Shown: positions 28,336 through 36,135 of the stretch, piece after piece
How the letters are laid out: each line of letters begins with the position of its first letter
Position numbering within the stretch: position 1 is the first letter of the stretch
Virus record (IMG/VR): IMGVR_UViG_3300048016_000009
Coordinates: 1-56,744 of that record
DNA: 56,744 nt
DNA from: a virus
Lineage: Duplodnaviria; Caudoviricetes
Strand: one strand, 5' to 3'
Notes under the pieces: generated by a model
Told to the model about the DNA's origin: nothing
The model's input: the letters and a program-made list of their open reading frames with translations, nothing else
Database searches by the model: none
Translations under genes and position numbers: made by a program

Positions 28336-28560
28336 ATGTATTTGATCATTTCCCTCACATCACTCGCTATTGCTTTGTACATGATGCAAGACGAAATCGC
28401 TTTGTTGCTTAAGCAAGCCTTTGGTTTTTGTGTTAACGGCGATGGCTTTGCCAAAAAGCACTACACCTTCACTCGCAGCGAAGCTTTGACATGGGTAGCA
28501 TGCTATGACAATGCAACCATTACACAACGTGGCAACTTCGTTGCTTCGAAGACAGCTTAA
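28336..28560 (+). CDS. early hypothetical protein with an N-terminal hydrophobic segment
   Basis: Own promoter; SD AAGGT before the ATG at 28336. Confidence 0.65.
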   Translation: MYLIISLTSLAIALYMMQDEIALLLKQAFGFCVNGDGFAKKHYTFTRSEALTWVACYDNATITQRGNFVASKTA

Positions 28561-28570
28561 ACCCCTACAC

Positions 28571-28607
28571 TTGACAGGGTTTTTCGAAGTCGATATAATT
28601 GAGGCCA
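28571..28607 (+). promoter_or_regulatory. early promoter P3
   Basis: TTGACA-17-TATAAT-TGAGGCCA. Confidence 0.85.
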
Positions 28608-28647
28608 GACAGCGATGATGCTGTCGTCACTTACCAAAGGTAAACAA

Positions 28648-29382
28648 ATGAAAAAAGTCACTGGATACGTAGTATACGAAGGCCCATCACTCATCGATGG
28701 TTCACCGATTGTTGCCATCGCATTGACGAAGTCATCAAATGCGAAAACGGCTGACATGATACAGACCTACATCATCCGTGCTGATATGGACCCCCGTGAT
28801 GCATCCAAGACTGGTGCTGACGTTGCAATTTGTGGCACATGTCCTCACCGTGGCACTGCTACCAATGACCCAAAAGCGAAGCTTGCCAAAAACCGTTCAT
28901 GCTATGTTGTCATTGGTCAAGGGCCAGTGATTGTGTACAAAGGTTTTGTCGCTGGAAAATACCCTAAAGCTGAAAACTTAGCCGCTGTAGGTAAGGGCCG
29001 CATGGTTAGAATCGGCACCTACGGTGACGGTGCCGCTGTCCCTTCGTCAGTCTGGAATGAGTTGATCAGCGAGGCTGAGGGCCACACTGGTTACAGTCAC
29101 CAAGTCAACACCGAAGGTGCTTCATTTGATGCATCACTCTACATGGAATCGGTTGAGTCTGTTGCTTCAGCTTCGCTGTCTTGGAGTCTTGGTCGCCGTA
29201 CATTCCGTATCGTTGCCAATGTGAATGATGTTATCCGTGGTAGCGAAATTGTGTGCCCTGCTACAGCCGAAGGTGGTGCGAAGACAACATGTGAGAAGTG
29301 TGGCCTGTGTGCTGGTAGCAGCGTGAAGGCTAAGTCAATCGCTGTTGTGGCACACGGCTCAGGTGCTAAGTATGTGATGTAA
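28648..29382 (+). CDS. Cys-rich, probable Fe-S/metal-binding early protein (phage gp88 / radical-SAM-like)
   Basis: SSNAKT, CGTC...CY, RIGTYGD, TGYSHQ, CP...CEKCGLC, AHG. Confidence 0.55.
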   Translation: MKKVTGYVVYEGPSLIDGSPIVAIALTKSSNAKTADMIQTYIIRADMDPRDASKTGADVAICGTCPHRGTATNDPKAKLAKNRSCYVVIGQGPVIVYKGFVAGKYPKAENLAAVGKGRMVRIGTYGDGAAVPSSVWNELISEAEGHTGYSHQVNTEGASFDASLYMESVESVASASLSWSLGRRTFRIVANVNDVIRGSEIVCPATAEGGAKTTCEKCGLCAGSSVKAKSIAVVAHGSGAKYVM

Positions 29383-29388
29383 GACAAG

Positions 29389-29410
29389 CTTCCCCTTCGG
29401 GGGAGGTTTT
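29389..29410 (+). terminator. intrinsic terminator
   Basis: CTTCCCC-TTCG-GGGGAGG-TTTT. Confidence 0.8.
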
Positions 29411-29425
29411 GCAAAGACCCTTCGC

Positions 29426-29463
29426 TTGACAAGGTTTTTGCAAAGCCTTTATAATTGAGGCCA
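29426..29463 (+). promoter_or_regulatory. early promoter P4
   Basis: TTGACA-18-TATAAT-TGAGGCCA. Confidence 0.85.
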
Positions 29464-29486
29464 TCGGTGCATCGCCACCAACAAAT

Positions 29487-29499
29487 TGTTCTTTAAAAA
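29487..29499 (+). promoter_or_regulatory. boxA-like antitermination element
   Basis: TGTTCTTTAAAAA about 25 nt downstream of the P4 start, after a short hairpin (rrn/lambda boxA consensus is approximately TGCTCTTTAACA). Confidence 0.6.
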
Positions 29500-29772
29500 A
29501 CCAACGTGGTGTCAGTATGGATGTGTCATGTACTACAAAGCATGACATGCCCTGAAATAGGCCAGCGTAATTGTAGATACGTAACGTTCTACACTGCTCA
29601 TAGCACATGAGGATGATAATGTGCATAGGAAACACATCATGGCATCGGGGTCGGTGCAGATAATGATGTGGCTTTCATAAGCTTTGTGACACAGGATATG
29701 ACGTTAGCTGAGTATCGGACAACGACATTGTGTCACAGGGTTTATATCAAGCCTCTCCTGAAAGGAAACAAA

Positions 29773-29988
29773 ATGCTTAATGTGATGGACAATCTATGCT
29801 TTGAACAGTATGCATATGATGTAGCTAAACAGGCTTCACCACTTGCTCAAATTGAATACTTCAACGGTACACTGTACGTCACTGGATGCACTGCCCGTGA
29901 AGCATCGAAGATGCAGACAGCGTTTGAATGTAGCGGTGTTGGTGTTGTCGTGACACCGGGCACTGAGTACAGCTTCGACTTCGTTTAA
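29773..29988 (+). CDS. early hypothetical protein
   Basis: SD AAGGA before the ATG at 29773. Confidence 0.65.
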   Translation: MLNVMDNLCFEQYAYDVAKQASPLAQIEYFNGTLYVTGCTAREASKMQTAFECSGVGVVVTPGTEYSFDFV

Positions 29989-30010
29989 TTTTTCCATAGG
30001 AAAACACACA

Positions 30011-30226
30011 ATGTATACAACCCGTAGAGGCGGCTTTGACCGTGAAGATGCACGTTTGCACTATGAGCAATTACAGCGTGACAGATACGTTCTCACCCTT
30101 ACCACCAGCAAAGGCGAGACAGCGATACTCACATACGACACAATGGCACAGGCTGTAGCGATGCGTCAAGCATTCATGAACACTGGCGATTATTGTGATG
30201 CAACTGTGAAGGATAAACTATGCTAA
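30011..30226 (+). CDS. early hypothetical protein
   Basis: SD AGGA; overlaps the next gene. Confidence 0.6.
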   Translation: MYTTRRGGFDREDARLHYEQLQRDRYVLTLTTSKGETAILTYDTMAQAVAMRQAFMNTGDYCDATVKDKLC

Positions 30227-30609
30227 AAGTATATGTATACTTTAATCTGCACCGTAAATGCTTCAGCATCAAAGCGCTTGAGGGTAAAGACAAGGGCCGT
30301 GTCGTGGCACACAGTGACAAGGTGTTGATCTATGATGGCACGTTCAAGGTGTCAGAGGCAGGCCGTCAACGTGTCCTTCGTGAACGTAAAAAGAATGTAC
30401 ATGCTGGTGTTGTCGGTCAATGGGTCGGTAGCCTTGACGATGAGTTGACAATTGAGCGCATCGTTTACAACGGTACACCTGTGACATACAACCCATACAA
30501 GTATGACAGTTTCGTTCACTTGTACGGTATGCATCCAATTGAGACAGGCCGCTTAGTGGCACTGACTGTTAGCGAAAACAAACGTTCTCACATCAACGTC
30601 TGGAATTGA
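30220..30609 (+). CDS. conserved phage hypothetical protein
   Basis: VYFNLHRKCFS...F.VSEAGRQRVLRE.KKNVHA pattern; SD AAGGA. Confidence 0.7.
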   Translation: MLKVYVYFNLHRKCFSIKALEGKDKGRVVAHSDKVLIYDGTFKVSEAGRQRVLRERKKNVHAGVVGQWVGSLDDELTIERIVYNGTPVTYNPYKYDSFVHLYGMHPIETGRLVALTVSENKRSHINVWN

Positions 30610-30695
30610 CAGCGCTTTGTAACGTTATTGCACCACAGTAGCGTTACTGACTCGCTGTTGAGTCGTCGGACTAGCATCCTCCTAAAAGGAAACAT

Positions 30696-30962
30696 ATGAA
30701 AATCTCAGACTTCATCGCCAAATCAAATGGCAAGTTCATCACCGTGTCCTTCATCAAGAAAGATGGCACAGCCCGTACACTGAACGGTCGTATCGGTGTG
30801 ACAAAACACTTGAAGGGTGGTGTTAGCACAGTCAACACAGACAAATATCTGGTGGTGTATGACACAGTCAACACAGGCTACCGATGTGTCAACAAAGACA
30901 CCATCGTGTCAGTGACATGCGAAGGCTTGACCATCCACAACAATGCAATGGTGACAGCATGA
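30696..30962 (+). CDS. SH3/WYL-like beta-barrel protein
   Basis: F.TV.FIKKDGT.R...VYD....GYR pattern. Confidence 0.55.
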   Translation: MKISDFIAKSNGKFITVSFIKKDGTARTLNGRIGVTKHLKGGVSTVNTDKYLVVYDTVNTGYRCVNKDTIVSVTCEGLTIHNNAMVTA

Positions 30963-31103
30963 CACTCGACAAATTCAATGAGGCACACGTTGAAGCACTT
31001 GAAGAGTTATGTAACAGGGCGTTGCTTGCTTTAGATGAAGACTACTTCCCACAACTTCGCCAAGACTTGCGTGATATTCTAGGCATCACAGAGGACAATT
31101 AAC

Positions 31104-31382
31104 ATGAGCAAAACATTCACCATCACCGTTTACTCAGATGTCGGTCACGCTTGGGGAAAAGTCAGGAAAGATGTGCTAGTCAACCTTGGCATTGCCGACA
31201 AGATTACCCGCTACAGCTATGCCCGTGGCGAGTATGCCTACCTCGAAGAAGACTGTGACCTGACCACCCTATGCATGGCACTGAACGAACGAGATACCCG
31301 TGTCAAGTTTGTTGAGAAACGTAGCAACAAAGACAGCCGTATCCGTAGCTATGAAAGGTATGAACATGGACAATTTCAGTAA
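31104..31382 (+). CDS. conserved phage hypothetical protein
   Basis: D.GH.W...YSY.....YLEEDCD pattern; SD GAGGA. Confidence 0.65.
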   Translation: MSKTFTITVYSDVGHAWGKVRKDVLVNLGIADKITRYSYARGEYAYLEEDCDLTTLCMALNERDTRVKFVEKRSNKDSRIRSYERYEHGQFQ

Positions 31383-31648
31383 GCAGATGGAAGCGTACAG
31401 CATCGCTCTGTACTTGAAAGGCTTTGGATACAAGGCAAAGGTTGATACCAATACTCTTGTGTGTTACGTTCAAGACCCTGTACTTGACACATTCGTTGTG
31501 TTGGCTGTGCCAACGATGGAACGTGCTCGTGACTTCATTGATGTGAGGACACGACAATGACATGGCCCTTCCCTACCTTCCCTAACCCACTCGACAGCGG
31601 ACATAAGCGTCCGCCGTTCAACCCCAATAACCATGAGGATGCACCGTT

Positions 31649-32002
31649 ATGAAAAAGAAACAACCCACCGTTGCAGATGTGTTGCACTACGCCGCTGACA
31701 AATGCCTGCTTTCCCATTCACGATATGGTGAGGGATATGGCAAGGAAAAGTTCTCATGCTGTGCTGTTGACGAGGCCATCTACAAGATGACAGGTAGTCA
31801 ATACACTGGTGAATCAGCATTGCTTCGCCGCCGTGTCATATCCGGTTTGCAAGCTATGGGCTGTAGCACAGGTAGCTCAACCCTGTTCAGGAAGCATGGT
31901 GATATTCCCGACAACTACCAAGCCATCAACCACACTATCCAAGGTATGCGTTACATGTGGCTCAAGTGGGCAGCATTGATGGCAGAGGAACAAGGCGTAT
32001 GA
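31649..32002 (+). CDS. hypothetical protein (117 aa)
   Basis: ATGA-coupled ORF with SD GAGGA. Confidence 0.55.
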   Translation: MKKKQPTVADVLHYAADKCLLSHSRYGEGYGKEKFSCCAVDEAIYKMTGSQYTGESALLRRRVISGLQAMGCSTGSSTLFRKHGDIPDNYQAINHTIQGMRYMWLKWAALMAEEQGV

Positions 32003-32109
32003 CAATGCTCAAACACATCCCCGTTGCTGTGTTTTGCCTCGCTTTGTTGTTCTCTACAGCATCATGCGAAGACAACACTACCCCATCACCAACAAAGGTA
32101 CAGACATGA
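31999..32109 (+). CDS. micro-lipoprotein (36 aa)
   Basis: MTMLKHIPVAVFCLALLFSTAS-C; ATGA overlaps at both ends. Confidence 0.45.
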   Translation: MTMLKHIPVAVFCLALLFSTASCEDNTTPSPTKVQT

Positions 32110-32195
32110 CCAATCGTGAACGGCTTAGCCGCATCATCTTTCTTCTGGCACTCATTACAGTGCTATTGCTTGACATGTTTTACTGGAGGCCGTAA
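32106..32195 (+). CDS. single-TM microprotein (29 aa)
   Basis: MTNRERLSRIIFLLALITVLLLDMFYWRP; coupled to both neighbours. Confidence 0.45.
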   Translation: MTNRERLSRIIFLLALITVLLLDMFYWRP

Positions 32196-32398
32196 TGACT
32201 GACGAAACAATCAAAGAAACCCGTAGCCGTGGTCGCCCTGCTTATGCTGAGAAAGCACCACGTGAACTGCGTGATGACTTCGCCCTTGAGATAATGAAGG
32301 GTGTGCTTGCAAGCGGTGTGACAGTTGAAGACCCTGCCGCCCTGTCCCGCCATTGCTACAAGATTGCTGATGCACTATGTAAGGTGCGTGGTGAGTGA
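32195..32398 (+). CDS. hypothetical protein (67 aa)
   Basis: SD GGAGG; LRDDFA...M.G......Y.IADA pattern common in phages. Confidence 0.6.
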   Translation: MTDETIKETRSRGRPAYAEKAPRELRDDFALEIMKGVLASGVTVEDPAALSRHCYKIADALCKVRGE

Positions 32399-32547
32399 GT
32401 TGCAGGACAACGCCTACATGCTTGGTAAGGCACACGGTATGAGAGGACAAAGCAACCATGCTGACATCTTCTCACCCATTGGTTGTCATGAGTACAACCG
32501 ATACAACAAAGGCTATGCTGACGGCGTAGCTTCAACACAGAAAGACA

Positions 32548-32793
32548 TTGAATATGATCAGCGAAATAGACATTGAAGACTACGAACAGTTGCCAGTGCG
32601 TGAGCTTTACAAAGTGAAGCCACGTAGCTACATCAAGCTGCCTTGGCTTACCGATGATGACACACACAAGATCATCTTCTTTGATCACGTTGACGGTATG
32701 TATAGCTACTGCCTCACATTGACGAACGAAGTAGTACATCTTAGTGCATCAACACAGGTAACACCACTCGTGAAGAAAGCAAAGCCCGACTAA
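32548..32793 (+). CDS. hypothetical protein
   Basis: FDHVDGMYSYC motif; followed by a terminator-like hairpin. Confidence 0.55.
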   Translation: MNMISEIDIEDYEQLPVRELYKVKPRSYIKLPWLTDDDTHKIIFFDHVDGMYSYCLTLTNEVVHLSASTQVTPLVKKAKPD

Positions 32794-32819
32794 ATCGTAG
32801 GGTTTTTCACCTACATTAT

Positions 32820-32849
32820 TTGACAAGAACTTTCAAAAGCCTTTACACT
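32820..32849 (+). promoter_or_regulatory. early promoter P5 (variant)
   Basis: TTGACA-18-TACACT-GAAGGCCC. Confidence 0.65.
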
Positions 32850-32896
32850 GAAGGCCCAACAACGGCGACATCGCCACAATCCACAAGGAAACAATC

Positions 32897-33733
32897 ATGG
32901 CCCACGTAATCTTCTCCCGTAATGCAGACAACTCCATCCTGACACCAGCACAGATTCAACATCGTGCTCCTGCTGCATTCAGCACCACCAAGTCAGACCG
33001 TTTGACTGATCGTTACGTATCCCTCAACACCAGCGATGTGCTGCCCATCATGGCAGACTATGGCTACCAACCAACACAGGCTGCACAAAAGCGTAGCCGC
33101 ACTGCCAACTCACAACATTCTGCTCACATGATTGCCTTCAGTCGTACCGATGACATCATCGAAGCTGGTGACATTCGCCCTGAAATCATCTTGTACAACT
33201 CTCACGATGGTAGTGGTTCTGTGAAGCTGTATGCTGGTGCATTCCGTTTCATCTGCTCCAATGGCATCGTTGCAGGTGATGGTTTTCAGTCTCGCATCTA
33301 CCACAGCAAAGCGTTGACAGGCTTTGAAGAGATGTTGCGTAACACAGTGGCTACATTGCCTGAGTTGATGGGACGCATTGACAAGATGCGTAGCCTGACA
33401 CTGACTACTGGCGATGCATATGATATGGCTATTGCTGGTGTTGCTACCCGTTGGGCTGACTACACAGGTCAACCGAAGGGTGCTTATGCTGTGGCACAGA
33501 CAGTGAAGGATGTGATGAATGTTCGCCGCATTGGTGACGAAGGCTACGATGCATGGACTGTGTTCAACCGCATTCAGGAAGGTGTAGTTCGTGGTAATGC
33601 AATGATTCGTTCGATCACTGACAAGCACCCTGAAGGTGTGATGCGTAAGGCTCGACCAGTCAACTCCATCAAGGAAGCTGTGCGTATCAACACAGAGTTG
33701 TGGAATATTGCTGACGAGTTTGCTACTGCGTAA
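32897..33733 (+). CDS. DUF932 family protein
   Basis: PEIILYNSHDGSGS...AG.FRFICSNG and W..FNRIQE motifs. Confidence 0.8.
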   Translation: MAHVIFSRNADNSILTPAQIQHRAPAAFSTTKSDRLTDRYVSLNTSDVLPIMADYGYQPTQAAQKRSRTANSQHSAHMIAFSRTDDIIEAGDIRPEIILYNSHDGSGSVKLYAGAFRFICSNGIVAGDGFQSRIYHSKALTGFEEMLRNTVATLPELMGRIDKMRSLTLTTGDAYDMAIAGVATRWADYTGQPKGAYAVAQTVKDVMNVRRIGDEGYDAWTVFNRIQEGVVRGNAMIRSITDKHPEGVMRKARPVNSIKEAVRINTELWNIADEFATA

Positions 33734-33807
33734 TTGTTGATGGCCTTAACCGCTATGGGGTTTTTCTTGTTAGACAATCGGTGACAGCATGGAGAGACAT
33801 GCAATCT

Positions 33808-33882
33808 GTTACGTTAGCTCAGCGGTAGAGCAGGCAGCTCATAATTGCTCGGTCATCGGTTCGATCCCGGTACGTAACACCA
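33808..33882 (+). tRNA. tRNA with CAT anticodon (Ile2-like; elongator Met not excluded)
   Basis: Acceptor GTTACGT/ACGTAAC, D arm GCTC/GAGC, loop CTCATAA, TTCGA T loop, encoded CCA; paired 1-72, so not an initiator. Confidence 0.85.
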
Positions 33883-33923
33883 TCTTCAACATCTAACATG
33901 GATCATGTTAGACAGCACAGGAA

Positions 33924-34754
33924 ATGTTAATGAATCAAAACAACGCTATCGGTATGTTCATGGGTCTATTCATTGGTGATGCACTCGGTGCGCCATTGGA
34001 ATTTACTGAGCCTAACACTGGCAACCCACTCAAGGACATGGTTGGTGGCGGTGTTCATGAGACAAGCCCCGGTGAATGGACAGACGATGGTGCTATGTCA
34101 ATGGCTATCGCTGATGCCTACCTCACATACAAACGCTTTGCCCCCGGCATCATTGCACAGAACCTCAAGCAGTGGCGTAACCGTGGTACGTTTGGTACTC
34201 GTGACTATTGCTTTGACATCGGCACTACCACAGCCGAGGCGCTGTCTGCATCATCTAACAAGCGTCCTTATGGTGGCTCTTGTGCATTGATGACAGACGG
34301 TAATGGTGGCATCATGCGAATGGCTCCACACATCCTGTTCAACCACAACAACAAGACGATGGCAATTGCTGAGTCTGTTGCTGGTGGACTCATCACTCAC
34401 GGTACTGGTAAGTGTGTTGCCTACAGTGCTGCACTGGCTGAAGAGTTGTTCGATGGTGCTCGACATGGCAACCAAACCCTATTCGACAAAGGCATCAAGG
34501 AAGAGAGTGGCACTGTGATGGGGTGCTATGCATCGGCATGGCAGTCTGTATGTGCAACAGAGTCCTTCGAAGACGCTGTTGTCCATGCCATCAACAAAGG
34601 TGGTGACGCTGATACAGTTGGTGCTGTGACAGGTATGATTGCTGGTCGTTTGTATGGCTACGACAGCATTCCTCAGCGCTGGATTGATGCACTGGTTGAC
34701 CACGACAAGTTGTTGGCGACAGCAACTATGCTTTACAACATGGGGAACACATGA
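33924..34754 (+). CDS. ADP-ribosylglycohydrolase (DraG/ARH family)
   Basis: GDALGAP.E, GEWTDD, GNGG.MR..P, TH, GGDADT. Confidence 0.92.
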   Translation: MLMNQNNAIGMFMGLFIGDALGAPLEFTEPNTGNPLKDMVGGGVHETSPGEWTDDGAMSMAIADAYLTYKRFAPGIIAQNLKQWRNRGTFGTRDYCFDIGTTTAEALSASSNKRPYGGSCALMTDGNGGIMRMAPHILFNHNNKTMAIAESVAGGLITHGTGKCVAYSAALAEELFDGARHGNQTLFDKGIKEESGTVMGCYASAWQSVCATESFEDAVVHAINKGGDADTVGAVTGMIAGRLYGYDSIPQRWIDALVDHDKLLATATMLYNMGNT

Positions 34755-34967
34755 CAGGAGTCACATCGTGACAATTAGACTAACAACAGACGGCACAGCC
34801 GTTGTCGATACCGAATACTACTGGCAACCCATTGCAACATGTCCAAGGTCTGCGAAGGTGCAGCTACTGAGTGTGCATGGTGTTGCTGTGTACGGTGAAT
34901 GGCATGGTAAAGATAAACAATGGACACATTGGGCACCGTTGCCTAAGAAACCTAAGGAGGAAACTAA

Positions 34968-35201
34968 ATGAGAGACACGATAGACATGGCCCGTGAGGCT
35001 GGCTACGGCGAACACTTGTCGATGCTTCATGCGGTTGCGCTAAACCGCTTTGCTGAACTTGTTCGTGCTGATGAACGTGAGGCGTGTGCAAAGGTGTGTG
35101 AAGAAGTGCTAGAGCAATACAGAGGAACCAATATGGGGAAACACGCAGAACTTGTCGGTGACGCCTGCGCCAACGCCATCCGAGCAAGGGGGAACACATG
35201 A
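34968..35201 (+). CDS. hypothetical protein (77 aa)
   Basis: SD GGAGG; EREACAKVCE...CA.AIRARG pattern. Confidence 0.6.
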   Translation: MRDTIDMAREAGYGEHLSMLHAVALNRFAELVRADEREACAKVCEEVLEQYRGTNMGKHAELVGDACANAIRARGNT

Positions 35202-35905
35202 AAGACGAAGCATTGAAGCTGGCGCTGAAGGCGTTGGAGCTGTCCTCAGTTACCGTGGACAGCTTTGGCGTTCAAAGAAAAACTCAAGAAGCCATTACCG
35301 CCATCAAGCAAGCCCTTGCAGCACCTGTGCAGGAGCCTGTGGCGTGGCGATACGACCTTGCAAAGTACCGTGAAAACGACCTGCGTGGACGTCAGTGGGC
35401 GCACAGCGTTTTTTCACCAACAAAACCGTACATAGACGAGATGGTACGAAACGTGACGCCCCTTTACACCACCCCACCCGCACAGCCAGCACCTGTGCAG
35501 TCTTGTTTTTGCCCAAACTGCGAGGCGATGGGCAAAGAACTGGCGGCACTCAAAGCACAGCCACATGCGACCGACTTAACCCACGATCGGTGGGACGAAT
35601 GGCAGGACAAGTACGGGCTGATTCTTGAGCGCGATGCGCTAGACGACCTTTGCACCATGCTCGCAGCACAGCCAGCACCTGTGCAGGAGCCTGTGGCAAT
35701 TGCCTTAAACACCGGAACAAAGCAAGGTGTTAAGTGGCTCAAAAATGTTGAACACGGTGAGAGCCTTTACACCACCCCACCCGCAGCACAGCAGCAATGG
35801 ACGGGGCTGACGGAGGACGAAATAGAAGAATGCGCCAGCTATGGTTATAGGTATGACGTCGTTGCGGTCACTGAAGACAAACTCAAGGAGAAGAACACAC
35901 CATGA
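35198..35905 (+). CDS. mosaic protein with repeated QPAPVQEPVA / LYTTPPA linkers
   Basis: Exact 21-25 bp internal DNA repeats; coupled ORF. Confidence 0.65.
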   Translation: MKDEALKLALKALELSSVTVDSFGVQRKTQEAITAIKQALAAPVQEPVAWRYDLAKYRENDLRGRQWAHSVFSPTKPYIDEMVRNVTPLYTTPPAQPAPVQSCFCPNCEAMGKELAALKAQPHATDLTHDRWDEWQDKYGLILERDALDDLCTMLAAQPAPVQEPVAIALNTGTKQGVKWLKNVEHGESLYTTPPAAQQQWTGLTEDEIEECASYGYRYDVVAVTEDKLKEKNTP

Positions 35906-36135
35906 ATATTGTCATTTATTCCAAAAGCGGCTGCCCAAATTGTTTGACAGCCAAGCGGCTGCTGAACAGCAAGGGGATTGGGTACACCGAGGCTGATGTC
36001 GTCTTGTCGGAAAATGCAGTATCGCTTTTCACCAAGTACCCTGAAGCCCGTCAGCTTCCCCAAATCTTCATCAACGGTCAGCGTGTCGGTGGCTTGGCTG
36101 GACTGCAAGCAGCATTGAAGGAGTTGGGACTATGA
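35902..36135 (+). CDS. glutaredoxin
   Basis: IYSK.GCPNC...LPQIFING..VGG. Confidence 0.9.
   Translation: MNIVIYSKSGCPNCLTAKRLLNSKGIGYTEADVVLSENAVSLFTKYPEARQLPQIFINGQRVGGLAGLQAALKELGL

Noticed and set aside
27965-29463. CRISPR-like array from the repeated ATAATTGAGGCCA
   Set aside because: Spacing is 290-860 nt with whole genes in between. The repeats are promoters and no cas genes are present.
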